Assembly: GCF_001194135.2 (NCBI RefSeq) | Contig: NC_068984.1 | Coordinates: 9,610,234 to 9,665,459, forward strand | From: Octopus bimaculoides | Taxonomy: Eukaryota | DNA: 55,226 nucleotides | Reading direction: 5' to 3' | Part shown: piece by piece, positions 24,331 to 36,845 of the stretch | Layout: every line of letters begins with the position of its first letter | Numbering within the stretch: the stretch's first letter is position 1 | Notes under the pieces: model-generated | What the model was told of the DNA's origin: nothing | The model's input: the letters and a program-made list of their open reading frames with translations, nothing else | Database searches by the model: none | Translations under genes and position numbers: made by a program

Positions 24331-24773
24331 TGCCACCCCAGTGACTGGGCAAACATGCCCTGTTTATATTCCCCGACCTGTTCAGAAGACTTGGCCATCA
24401 CAGGGTGTACACATTTACAGCTGAGTGGACTGGAGCAATGCGAAATAATTCGTTTTTACCCAACAACACAATGCACTGCTCGGCCAAGGAATCAAACCCA
24501 CGATTACTGGATCATGAGTGCAACACCCTAACCACTGGGGCCATGCACCTTCGCAGGGTAGATGAAACAAGTACCAGTAAAATACAGGGATTAGCTGAAT
24601 CAACAAAAGTTCTCCCTTATAAATATGTGCTTTGACACCAATGTAAGCAATCATCATTATCAGAAGAAATGATTTCGTCACTTTAAAATCACCAAACTAG
24701 AATTACCTGGCATCCAAATGATACACAGGAATTACACCTCAAGTTTGGACACTTTATATTAATTATTCAGTAC

Positions 24774-24867
24774 CTTGGCATTCTGATTGCAAACCTTCAC
24801 ACACACGGTTCCCAGAGTTGATGAAATTCTTACAAATGATTGAAGCCAATTCTATATCTATCTCTTC
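24774..24867 (-). CDS. Candidate 94-nt internal exon EEIDIELASIICKNFINSGNRVCEGLQSECQ(G/D)
   Basis: tatttag| acceptor, open phase-0 frame, CAAG|GTACTG phase-1 donor matching the phase-1 exon at 7303. An inverted paralogue at 26108-26187 leaves a transposon-TIR origin possible. Confidence 0.35.
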
Positions 24868-25079
24868 CTAAATAGTGCACACAGCCAAAGGAAATCAATA
24901 CCATTATACAGAATTTAACTCCTCTCACTAATACGCATATATATTTGTTTATTGTAGTATGAAACAAAAATATTAATGATGTTTCCTAACCTTGGCACAG
25001 TGCCACACATTATGAGAGAGATTGTAATTGATTTTACTGGCTCGCTATTTCACCGATAATTATTTTAACACCAGAATGA

Positions 25080-26010
25080 TTTGAACTCAAAACAAAGTGG
25101 GATATAATAACTAAATACAACAATGTATCCCTCTTTGTTATGTTTTATATAATTTTAGATAGGGTGATTCAAAGGTGAGTATATCTGAATATGTAACCAA
25201 AACTCAACATAAACTTAATCTAAATTTGAACTAAAAACAAACTGGAATATAATATCTAAATACAACAATGTATCTTGTAATGTTTTATATAATTTTAGAT
25301 AGGGTGATTCAAAGGTGAGTATATCTACACATGTTTCATTGGACACTAAACTCTGTTTGCGAAGACCTGTTGGGGCAAGTGAAATCGAAATAGTAATTGA
25401 ACCATATTCGATGAACCATATTTGATGACTAGCACCTGTGCCAGTGGAGCACTAACAGCACTGTCCGAGCGTGATCATTGCCAGAGCAGCTGTCTGGCTT
25501 CCGTGCTAGTGGCACGTAAATAGCACCATTTGAGCGTGATCGTTACCAGCGTCGCCTTACTGGCTCGTTAGAAAATCATTTGAACGAGGTCGTTGCCAGT
25601 GCCGCTGGACTGGCTCCTGTGCAGGTGGCACGTAAAATACACCATTTCAAGCGTGGCCGTTGCCAGTACCTCCTGACTGGCCTTCGTGCCGGTGGCACGT
25701 AAAAGCACCCACTACACTCTCAGAGTGGTTGGTGTTAGGAAGGGCATCCAGCTGTAGAAACTTTGCCAGATCAGATTGGAGCCTGGTGCAGCCATCCGGT
25801 TCATTAGTCCTCAGTCAAATCATCCAACCCATGCTAGCATGGAAAGCGGACGTTAAACGATGATGATGATGTTGTAACTCAACATAAACTCAACATAAAC
25901 TTAATCTAAATTTGAACTCAAAACAAACTAGAATATAATAACTGAATACATCAATACATCTATAATATTTTATAATCTTATGTATGGTGATTGAAAGGAA
26001 GGTATATCTA
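25080..26010. repeat. Three direct copies of a roughly 140-bp unit interrupted by an RTE insertion
   Basis: TTTGAACT(C)AAAACAAA...ATATAATA.CT.AATACA.CAAT at about 25080, 25223 and 25912. Confidence 0.75.
25329..25872 (+). mobile_element. 5'-truncated RTE LINE (family D)
   Basis: ...GCAAGTGA (ORF end), internal tandem repeats, terminal GAAAGCGGACGTTAAACGATGATGATGATG. Confidence 0.8.
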
Positions 26011-26187
26011 AACACGTAAGCAAATCCCAGATAAATTTAATCTATCTAAAATGGTAGTAAAACCTTGTAAAATTTCAACCTTAGCATATTTCAGTTAATT
26101 CAACATCATCTTTGGCTGTGAGTAATGTTTAGGAAGAGCAGGACATAGAATTAGCTCCATTTATTGGTAAGAATTTTGCCAACACTA

Positions 26188-26572
26188 TAGGCTGAAGTAT
26201 GGCTGTGTGGTAAGGAGTTTGCTTCCCAATTACATGGTTTCAGGTTCAGTCCCACCATGTGGCACCTTGGGTAGGTGCTTTCTACTATTGCCTCAGGTCA
26301 ACCTAAGCCCTGCGTATATTTGGTAGACAGAAACTGAAAAATTAATGGCGGCGAGCTGGCAGAAACATTAGCACACCGGGCGAAATGCTTAGCGGTATTT
26401 CATCTGCCATTACGTTCTGAGTTCAAATTTGCCTTTCGTCCTTTCAGGGTCGAAAAATTAAGTACCAGTTATGCACTGGGGTCGATGTAATCGACTTAGT
26501 CCGTTTGTCTGTCCTTGTTTGTCCCCTCTGTGTTTAGCCCCTTGTGGGCAATAAAGAAATAGGAAACTGAAA
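26188..26572 (+). mobile_element. SINE A head followed by SINE B
   Basis: TGGCTGTGTGG head at about 26200; GGCGGCGAGCTGGCAGAAAC at 26347. Confidence 0.8.
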
Positions 26573-26859
26573 GAAGCCCTGTGTGTATGCATGTGTGTAT
26601 GCGCATATGTGTGTGTGTTACTGTCCCCTTGCCTTGACGTCGCATGATAGTCGTAAGCGAGTGTCACTGACACGTAAGTGGTGTTCTTTGCTTCCAATAT
26701 TCCAATAGCTGTTTGGTCATAGGAAAATATTACCTTGCTTTGAGGGTTGGTGACAGGAAGAGCATGCAGCCAGGGAAAATCTGCCTCAACAAATTCCATC
26801 CGAAACATGGTGCATGAGAAAGAGGACATAATGATGATGATGATGACGATGACGATGAT

Positions 26860-27090
26860 AATCATCATCGTTTAACGTCCGCTTTCCATGCTAGCATGGG
26901 TTGGACGATTTGACTGAGGACTGGTGAAACCGGATGGCAACACCAGGCTCCAGTCTAATTTGGCAGAGTTTCTACAGCTGGATGCCCTTCCTAACGCCAA
27001 CCACTCAGAGAGTGTAGTGGGTGCTTTTACGTGTCACCCGCACGAAAACGGCCACGCTCGAAATGGTGTCTTTTATGTGCCACCCGCACA
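26860..27090 (-). mobile_element. RTE LINE 3' end (family D)
   Basis: CATCATCATCGTTTAACGTCCGCTTTCCATGCTAGCATGGGTTGG... Confidence 0.8.
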
Positions 27091-27285
27091 AATGGTTACG
27101 CAAAACCCACAGCTCATTCTCTACAACATTTATTGCATTGGCCTAGTCTCCATTTCCTTAGATTCACTTTTTTGTCACTTCCATTCACCAGTTTAACTTA
27201 CACAGCCATCACAATATCATTATAGATCAATTATAATTTTAAAACACTGAAGGAAATATTTTTCATGTATGTGTTAAAAAGCTTG

Positions 27286-27625
27286 CTTACCAACCACATG
27301 GTTCTAGGCTCAGTCCCACTGCGTGGCACCATCAGCAGATGTCTTCTACTATAGCCTCCAGCCAACCAAAGCCTTCTGAGTGGATTTGGTAAATGGAAAC
27401 TGAAAGAAGCCTGTTCTATATACTCTTTAACTTGTTTCAGTCATTTGACTACAGCCATGCTGGAGCACCGCCTATAGTTGAACAAATCGACCTCCAGGAC
27501 TTATTCTTTGTAAGCCTAGTACTTATTCTATCGTTCTCTTTTGCCGAACTGCTAAGTTACGGGGACATTAACACACTAACATCAGTTGTCAAGCGATGGT
27601 GATGGGGACAAACACAGACACACAA

Positions 27626-27676
<51 letters not shown>

Positions 27677-27826
27677 CAACGGGCCTTCAGTTTTTGTCTA
27701 CCAAATCTACTCAGGCTTTGGTTGACCCAAGGCTATAATAGAAGACACTTGCCCAAGGTGCCACGCAGTGGGACTGAACCCGGAACCATGTGGTTGGTAA
27801 GCTAGCTACTGACCACACAGCCACTC
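27286..27826. mobile_element. Plus-strand SINE A head (27286-27423) and full minus-strand composite SINE A (27420-27826)
   Basis: Head and tail motifs with an internal (CA)n(TA)n microsatellite. Confidence 0.8.
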
Positions 27827-28228
27827 AGCCAAGTGAAATCATAGCCATGGTTGATGTCAGTGCCATCTGACTGGCACCTGTGCTGGTGGCACGTAAAAAG
27901 CACCATTTGAGCATTGGGCCTCATGGAGGCAGTGACAGGTCACCAAGACCTTTGGTGATATACCGTGCTTGTATAGACCTGTCAAGCCAAACGAGTCCGT
28001 AGTTGTGGCTCAAGCCGGTGTCAGGTCAATGGCACCTGTGCCAGTGGCACGTAAAAAACTTCCACTACACTCTCGGAGCAGTTGGCATTAGGAAGGACAT
28101 CCAACCATAGAAACCTTGCCAAATCAGATTGGGACCTGGTGCAACTCCCCGACTTTCCATTTTCAGTCAAACCACCCGACCCATGCCAGCATGGAAAACA
28201 GACGTTAAATGGTGATGATGATGATGAT
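27826..28228 (+). mobile_element. 5'-truncated RTE LINE (family D)
   Basis: AGCCAAGTGA ORF end, internal repeats, ...GACGTTAAATGGTGATGATGATG tail. Confidence 0.75.
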
Positions 28229-28632
28229 AACGTGTGTGTCTTTGTATCTGAGTTAGTCCCCCACCTGGTGTGTTTACGAATCTGTAACTTAGTGGTTTGG
28301 CAAAAGAGAACAATAAAATAAGCACCAGGCTTTTAAAAAATAAGTACTGGGGTTGATACATTCAACAAAATTTCTTCAAGGCGTTGCCCCAGCATGGCTG
28401 CAGTCTAATGACTGAAACCAGTAAAAGATGAACGGTAAAAAGATATATATGCGTGTGTGTGTGTGTGTGTGTATGCGTGTCTATGTTTGTCCCCTACCAC
28501 CACATGACAATTGGTGTTGGTTTGTATACATCCCCGATGGAATAAGTACCAAGCTTTAAAATATTCTTCGAGGCAGTGCCCCAGCATGGCCACAGTGTAA
28601 CAACCATTGTGAAACTTTCAAATATTTTTGTT

Positions 28633-28892
28633 CATTATTTACATTATTTACATTTGACGGATATTTGTCCTCATCTTGTTTGTTGTTAACACAACGTTTC
28701 AGCTGATATACCCTCCAGCCTACATCAGGTGTCTTGGGGAAATTTCGAACCTGGGTTCTCATTCCTAAGGTATTTTTCGATGTTATTATTATTATTATTA
28801 TTGTCATTATTATTATTATTCAGGTCACTGCCTGGAATCAAACTCGTAATCTTGGTGTTAGTAGCCCGCGCTCTTAACCACTACGCCATATG
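28633..28892 (-). mobile_element. tRNA-headed SINE family E with a hammerhead-like tail
   Basis: Minus strand: CATATGGCGTAGTGGTTAAGAGCGCGGGCTACTAAC...GAGTTTGATTCCAGGCAG, (AAT)n, then GACAC-CTGATGT-A-GGCTG-loop-CAGCT-GAAACGTTGTGTT. Confidence 0.8.
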
Positions 28893-29339
28893 TTTAAAAC
28901 TTATTGTTTTATTCAATATTTATATATTTTAATCATCATCATCATCGTTGAATGTCTGTTTTCCATGCTGACAGGGTTTGGATGGTTTGACAGGATCTGG
29001 TTGGCCACAGGGCCACTTCATGAATACTTAAAAGCTATTTCACTTAATTTTCCACTTCCCTTTCACATTTCCCTAGTCTTTGGGGGTTTGAATAATTCAC
29101 CTCTGAAAAAAACATAAGTGTTTCATTCATCATCGTTAAACAACCCTTATTCATGGAACTTTTGAGTGGGATGGGTTACTTGACTTGGAAAAATCCCAAC
29201 TGGGCCCCCACCTGCAAAGTCATGCGCTGTTTATCTTGCGCTGTTATCTGTTTATCACCATGTCACGTTCATATAGTTGTGATGAATATGCTCAGCGTAC
29301 CCCTATCAGACAGGGACACATGGTAGGTAGATTCATCAG

Positions 29340-29960
29340 CATCATCGTCGTTTAACATCTGCTTTCCATGCTGGCATGGGCTGGACAGTTTGATTGAGGT
29401 CTGGAGAGCTAGGAGGTCACACCAAGCTCCAATCTGATCTGGCAAAGTTTCTACAGCTGGATGCCCTTCCTAACGCCAATCACTTTGAAAGTATAGTAGG
29501 TGCTTTTTACGTGCCACCGGCATGAGCATCAGTCAAGTGGTACTGGCACCGGCCATGCTTGAATGATGCTTTTTATGTACCACTGGCATGGGAGCCAGTG
29601 AGGTGGTACTGGCAACGACCATGCTCGAATGGTGCTTTTTACATATCGCCAGCACAGGACCACTAAGGTGGCACTGGCATCGATCACGCTCAAATGGTAC
29701 TTTTTATGTGCCATCAGCACAGGTGCCAATCAGGCGGTACTGGCATCAGCCACAACAACGACTTCACTTACCTCAACAGGTCTTTGCAAGTGCAGTTTAT
29801 TGCCCGATGATTGAAGGGTCCTCTTAAATGGGCCGGTTATGCTGCACTGGTATAGGCCACAGTTAGTCTCACTTGGCTTGCTGGGTCTTCTCAAGCACAG
29901 CATGGTCTTGTACCCCAGTGTCACCTTGATGGTATGCACTGCTCTCTCACTCAATAATAA
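29340..29960 (-). mobile_element. 5'-truncated RTE LINE (longest family D copy)
   Basis: Minus strand encodes ...AVLEKTQQAK*, then a repeat-containing UTR and (GAT)n tail. Confidence 0.8.
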
Positions 29961-29974
29961 TAATAATCCTTTCT

Positions 29975-30375
29975 ACTAAAGACACAAGGCCTGAAATTTC
30001 GCAGGAGGGGATTAGTCAATTACATCGACCCCAGTGTTTCACTGGTAATTAGTTTATTAACCCTGAAGGGACAAAGGTAAAGTCGATCTCAGTGGGATTT
30101 GAACCCAGAACATAGCAATGGGTGAAATACCACTTAGCTTTTCGTCCAGCATGCTAACAACTCTGCTAGCCTGCCACCATTAATAACAACTACAAATTTT
30201 GGAGAAGGGACAGTCCATTACATTGGCCCCCGTACTCAACTGGTCCTTAATTTATCAACCCGATAAGGATGAAAGGTAAAGTCGACCTCAGCGCAATTTG
30301 AACTCGGAATGTAGTAAAGGACGAAATACTCCTAAGCATTTCATCCAGCGTGTTAACAATTCTGACAGCTCGCCA
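29975..30375 (-). mobile_element. SINE B units
   Basis: Two reverse-complement SINE B cores. Confidence 0.75.
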
Positions 30376-31629
30376 CCTTTGATAATAAGAACAACAACAA
30401 CAACAACTATAAAAATAACAACAACAACAATTACCATAAAGTTGCGCTTGTCTTTTACTTTACTACATTCATTCATTGTCTTTTCAGAAATGAAAAATAA
30501 AATAAAAAATAAACAATCACTTTGTTTCTATAAATTCACAAATTGGTGATATTTTTTTCAATAACAAAAATAACAAATATATAATATACAACAAAAATAA
30601 TAAAAACACCGTCTTCAAAAGACAGAAAGGACAATTACCTTTCCAATGTCTCAATGTGTGGAAAGATGGACTAGGTTTTGGAGGTTGTTTTCTGTTCTAA
30701 GCTTCCCAAATTGAATTGATAATTAATTGCTTGATTAATTAATATTATAGATAATTAACCCATAGATAAAATAATTATTTAAAATTTTGGCACAAGGCCA
30801 GCAATTGTAAGAGGAAGGGTCAGTCGATTACATCGACCCCAGTGTCCAACAGGTACTTATTTTATTGACCCCAGAAGGATGAAAGGCAAAGTCGACCTCA
30901 GCAGAATTTGAATTCAGAACACGAGTCACCTTATCCATAGATAGAGTAAGAATTCTTTCTAATATAGGCACAAAACCAGAAATTTTAGGGGCAAAGAAGA
31001 GTTAGTCAATTAAATTGTTCCCCATTACTAAATTGGTATTTTTATTTTATTTGACCATGGAGGGATAAAAGCAAAGCTGACCTTTGCAGGGTTTGAACCC
31101 AGAATGTAAGAACTGGAAGAAATACTGCAAGACATTTTGTCTGATGCGTTACCATTTCTGCTACATAAATAATTTCTGGGCACAAACAAAAAAAAAGGAA
31201 AATAATAAAAAAAAAAAAAACCTTCTGAGGGTTGGGAAAAAGATACAAAGTCCCCCCCACTCCTGTTCTCCATGACATTAATTAATAAGTTCTTTTTGTT
31301 CATCAACTCCAACAGAACGATGAGCTAAGTTGCTACGGCAGGGCTTGAAATCAATGTTAAAGAGGAGTAATTTCAATGCATTTGTCTGTTGCTCCACCGA
31401 TTCNNNNNNNNNNNNNNNNNNNNNNNNNNNNNNNNNNNNNNNNNNNNNNNNNNNNNNNNNNNNNNNNNNNNNNNNNNNNNNNNNNNNNNNNNNNNNNNNN
31501 NNNNNNNNNNNNNNGATGTAAAAAAACAAAGTAAAACATTTTACCATCACATAAGATACCTAGGAGGCAACAGACTGAAATAATAATAATAATAATAATG
31601 ATGATGATGAGGAGGAGGAGGAGGAGGAT

Positions 31630-32711
31630 TTCAAATTTTAGCCATAAAAGCACTTATTTTATTGACCCCGAAAGGATGAAAGGCAAAGTCGACCTCAGCA
31701 GAATTTGAACTCGGAACATAGAGACAAGACGAAATACTGCTAAGCATTTCGCCCGGTGTGCTAACGACTCTGCCAGCTTGCTGCTTTAATAATAATAATA
31801 ATATTTTCTACTCTAGGCACAAGGTCCAAAATTTTGGGAGAGGGGGCCAGTCAATTAGATCGACCCCAGTGCACAACTGGTACTTAATTTATCGACCCCA
31901 AAAAGACGAAAGGCAAAGTTGACCTTGACAGAATTTGAACTCAGAATGAAATACCGCTAGTCATTCTACCTGTTGTGCTAACGATTCTGCCAGCTTGTCA
32001 CCTTAATAATAATAATGATGGTTTCAAATTTTAGCACAAGGCCAGCAATTTTGAGGAATGAGCTAAGTCGATTACATTGACCTCAGTGTGCAACTGGTAC
32101 TTATTTTACTGACCCCAGAAGGATGAAAAGCAAAGTGGACCTCAGCAGCATTTGAACTCAGACGGACAAAATGCCTCTAAATGTTTTTCCCAGCCTGCTA
32201 ACAATTTTGCCAGATTATCACCTTCTTAATTATAATCCTTTCTACTGTAGGCACAAGGCCTAAAATTTGGGGGAGAGGGATAGTCAATTACATCGACCCC
32301 CAGCACTCATATGGTACTTAATTCTTTGACCCCAAAAGAATGAAAGGCAAAGTGAACCTTAGCAGAATTTGAACTCAGAATGTAAAGACAGACAAAATAC
32401 TGCAAAGCATTTCATTTCACCCGGCATGCTATTGTTTCTGCCAGCATGCCACCCTTATATATAATAATAATAATTATAATAATAACGATACTTTCTACTA
32501 TAGGCAGAAGGCCTGAAATTTTTGGAGTGGGGGTCAAGTCAATTACATTGCTCCACCCCAGTATTCAACTGGTACTTCTTTCATCGACCCCAAAAGCATA
32601 GAAGGCAAATTCAATCTTAGTAGCAACTGAACTACAAACATAAAGGGGCTGAAGGAATGCCACTAAGCATTCTGTCTGAAACACTGACGATTGTGTCAGC
32701 TCATCCCCTTA
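31630..32711 (-). mobile_element. Tandem array of about 5 diverged SINE B units separated by (AAT)n
   Basis: Recurrent GACCCC.AAAGGATGAAAGGCAAAGTCGACCTC...AATTTGAACTC every 200-240 bp. Confidence 0.85.
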
Positions 32712-32738
32712 ATATTAATATCATTATTATTATTATTA

Positions 32739-33120
32739 TTAATATATAAAGGATAGAGGTAACTCCTCCAGAAGATATAGAGTCAAAATTAAAAGAAGGG
32801 TGCCATTGTTATCTAGTGAACGATATTTCAATATCTCGTGTGTCTTCAACAGGTTCAAAAAATAATTTTGTTAATCTACTTCGTTTTGGTTAATATATAA
32901 AGGATTGAGGTAATTCCTCCAGAAGATATAGTTCACTGGATGACAATGGCACTCTTCTTTTAATTTTTACTCTATATCTTCTGGGGGAATTACTTAAATC
33001 CTTTATATATTAACCAAAACGAAGTAGATTAACAAAATTATTTTTTGAACCTGTTGAAGACACACGAGATATTGAAATATCGTTCACTAGATAACAATGG
33101 CACCCTTCTTTTAATTTTGA
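32739..33120. repeat. 151-bp tandem unit followed by its inverted tandem copy
   Basis: Unit starts at 32739 and again at 32890; 32782-32931 pairs with 32972-33120. Confidence 0.88.
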
Positions 33121-33552
33121 CGACTCTATTATCATCATCATCATCATCATTATTATTATTATTCTTGATCTAGGGGTTTACATGTGACATCAGTAACACA
33201 AAACAAATTAAAAACAAAAACAAAAAAAAACACAGAGTCTGACAAAATTCATGTTGTTTGTACCAGAAAATAAATGATGAATATAATGTGTAATTAAGAC
33301 AAAGTTCATTCGTGGTGAGGAAAGGCTAGTTCTGATATTTGGGGCAGTACCTTTCCTTGAAAAATTTAAAAAAATTTTTTTTTTTAATGACAAGTATGAT
33401 TGAACTCATTCTTTCTGCACACAAGCTATTTTTCATTTCATTAATAACACAACTGTTGGTATTTGTAACTGGCTTTCCTGATTACTTCCATTGTTTAAGT
33501 CCATCTGTTGGTGACACAGAGATTCAGTGATTTATGAAAATGTATATGGATC

Positions 33553-33594
<42 letters not shown>

Positions 33595-34192
33595 TTCACT
33601 TAACAAGCAAAGGACTCACTCACTGTGTGATGATAATGTTTCAGTTAACAATACTATTGAACGTGTGTGCATAGATGTGTGTATATCAGTGTATATACAT
33701 ACACCCACATTCTAAAGCAATTGTATATGTTTGTATATGTATGTATGTATGAGTGCATATGTATATGTGTACACACATTTATTCAAAAGCAACTGTGTGC
33801 ATGCATATATAGATAGATAGATAGATAGATAGATAGGTATAGATATACATGCATGTGTATTGAAATATAACTGTATGACCGTGTGTATGACAAGACTTTT
33901 AGGCTGAACAAATTATATTTTGTTGGACACTGGGTTTTAAATTAAACTTTTGACACTCCAAGCTCTACCTTGGAGTTCTTTATTCAAAGTGGGCCTGATC
34001 ATGTTTCTTGGAACTTTGTCACTTCTAAGAACGTATACNNNNNNNNNNNNNNNNNNNNNNNNNNNNNNNNNNNNNNNNNNNNNNNNNNNNNNNNNNNNNN
34101 NNNNNNNNNNNNNNNNNNNNNNNNNNNNNNNNNNNNNNNNNNNNNNNNNNNNNNNNNNNNNNNNATATATATATATATATATATATACACAT

Positions 34193-34223
<31 letters not shown>

Positions 34224-34292
34224 AGGATTTACTTTTCGTAATGAGATAAAAGACCAAGGCTGTGTATAATATAGAATATTTATAAATAGAAT

Positions 34293-34340
34293 GTCTTACA
34301 GCTGTTTCCAGGATATTTATTATATCCCTTCATCGGAGAC
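34293..34340 (-). ncRNA. Minimal type I hammerhead ribozyme motif (U4C variant), Penelope-like
   Basis: GUCU-CCGAUGA-A-GGGAUAU/AUAUCCU-G-GAAA-C-AGCU-G-UA-AGAC: stems I, II and III all form; GUA cleavage triplet. Confidence 0.55.
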
Positions 34341-34704
34341 GGTGAAAGAGGATGGTTAAGCAATAGTTAGTTTAGTTAAGATAGGAAATAAAGAGTGAAT
34401 GTAGGGATATTGTATTTGTAAATCCATTGTTTAAGCAGAATGGTATACATATAAGATTCCAATACCTTGTAAGTAAAATCCAATTGTTTTTAAGATTGAT
34501 TCATATATATACACACATATATATATATGTTTAAAAAAATGAGTCAACAAAGCCAACGCTGTGTGTGGAATTTTCAGGACTTTTAAGCTTTGGTCAGCTC
34601 AAGGTGCCACATAGTGGGACTGAAACTGGATCCATGTGGTCAGGAAGCAAGCTTCTTACCACACACTTGTGCCTGAGCTGTTTCTGTTTGAAAAGAGAAA
34701 GTCA

Positions 34705-34753
34705 GTCTTAACAGCTGTTTCTTGGATGTTAGGGATATCCCTTCATCAGAGAC
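34705..34753 (-). ncRNA. Minimal type I hammerhead ribozyme motif, second copy
   Basis: GUCU-CUGAUGA-AG-GGAU...AUCC-AA-GAAA-C-AGCU-G-UU-A-AGAC: core intact, 1-nt insertion before the stem I 3' strand. Confidence 0.55.
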
Positions 34754-35054
34754 GATGTGAGATGGTTAAATAGAGGGAAATATATATAATATATATATAT
34801 AGTCCAGATCTTATCCACTCCATTCCTTAACTCTTGTATTCTTATTTGCACATCCAGCAACCCTGGTCGCCTACTGTGAAATATAAAATGAACTTTTTTC
34901 AGTTTATTGTACTTCGATACAAAAAATATCCACAACCTTCTGTATCAATAAACCACCATTGTCCCTGAATATTGTTTTTAAAATTTATTACAGATTGCTT
35001 GAAGCTAACTTTCTTCCTACACCTCGATCCCTGGATCTTATATTATATATATGC

Positions 35055-35117
<63 letters not shown>

Positions 35118-35409
35118 CGTATATATATATACATACACACACAGAGACTATATGTGGGTTAACAAAGCTACCAATGGTTTTATGTAAAGAGATTCTTTAC
35201 AATTGTTCAAGTGTGCTACATAGGGTACATTGGTGCTCATACCGACATCCCCATGGGTGGAGAACTCATTGTCATTGTTTGATATTGGCATATATATCAG
35301 TATCATTGTAACATCTACTTTTCCATACGAGCCGAGATCAGATGAGAATACGTTGGGGCAAAGTCTTCTATGCCAGATGCTCTTCCTGGTGCCAACCTTA
35401 TCCTTTTCC

Positions 35410-35775
35410 TTTTATTCTCATACTTATTTTAGTCATTTGACTGCAGCCATACTGGAGCACTGCCTTTAGTCGAAGAAATTGACCCCAGGACTTATTTTTT
35501 TCAAGTTAAGTACTTATGCTATCAGTCTCTTTTGTTGAGCTAAGTTTCGGGGACGTAAACATACCAACATTGGTTGTCAAGCGATGGCAAGAGGATAAAC
35601 AGACACAATACATATATATATATATGTTATATACACGACAGGTTTCTTTCAATTTCCATCTACCAAATCCACTTCCAAGGTTTTGGTCAGCTCGTGGCTA
35701 TAGTAGAAGACACTTGCCCAAGGTGCCACATAGTGGAACTGAACCTGGAACCATGTGGTTGGGAAGTAAGCTTCT
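35410..35775 (-). mobile_element. Full composite SINE A
   Basis: Tail, (TA)n and head motifs, diverged. Confidence 0.8.
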
Positions 35776-36489
35776 TTATTTCATTATATTAGCCATGAAG
35801 GTTGTACATAGAGAAGAAGTTGCGGGCTAGACAAATATATTAATGAAATGAAATGATAACGAAAATGAGTAAAAATGAGAGGGGCACCAGCTCCCGCCAA
35901 CCGATAACCCTTCTTACCACACAGCCACACCTATGTCTGAGCTGTTTCGCTTTGATTCCTTGACAGATTATTTCTATGCTTGGAAACAAGTGGCAAACCA
36001 GAAACAAACAAAACTGTTTGAATGGGTCTTTTCTTTACAAATATCTCACAATATGTCAAGACATGTCAAGAACCCCGGACATGCTTTGATGGTAGACTGA
36101 AAGCAGCTAACATCATCACAGTTAACAAGCAATAAACACGTTTGAAAACAAGCGAGAATAAAAAACTCAGCCACACACATACACATATATGGGGTGGAGA
36201 AGTGAAACCTGTGCCTGTGAACTTCTTAACCACACCTCACAACCATACCTGCAAAACAGTGTTTAGTGACGCAGTGGAACTTACACCAGCGTGGACATAA
36301 CTATCAAATAGAGGGCTTCTTAAGATAAATACCCTGTTCTTAGTTTGTCTGGTGATGCAAGAAGTCTGAGTAAATGTTGGTACACAGATGAAGCTAAACG
36401 TAACATGAGGAAATTGGAGGGTGACACTTGCATCTAAGCCACAGCAATTGAGAAAAGAATGTAGACGTTATTATTTTATGTCTGATACT

Positions 36490-36845
36490 ATTGTTACCGG
36501 CGTCACCTTACTGACATTTGTGCTGGTGGCACATGAAAGAACATTCGAGCGAGGTCGTTGCCAGTGCTGCTGGACTGGCTCCTGTGCATGTGGCACGTAA
36601 AAAACACCATTTGAGCGTGGCCATTGCCAGAGCAGCTGACTGGCCCTCATGCCGGTAGCACGTAAAAGCACCCACTACACTCTTGGAGTGGTTGGCGTTA
36701 GGAAGGGCATCCAGCTGTAGAAACTCTGTCAAATCAGATTGGAGCCTGGTGCAGCCATCTGGTTCGCCAGTCCTCAGTCAAATTGCCCAACCCATGCTAG
36801 CATGGAAAGCGGACGTTAAAGGATGATGATGATGATGATGATGAC
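36490..36845 (+). mobile_element. RTE LINE 3' UTR (family D)
   Basis: Internal repeats and ...GCGGACGTTAAAGGATGATGATG tail. Confidence 0.8.

Noticed and set aside
30639-30696. Possible 58-nt minus-strand exon NRKQPPKPSPSFHTLRHWK ending at AAG|GTAATT
   Set aside because: The acceptor lacks a pyrimidine tract, and the segment is too short to support without transcript data.
33046-33086. GAAC-CTGTTGA...GAAA...GTTC as a hammerhead
   Set aside because: The core is altered and no stem II or stem III can be formed in the required positions.
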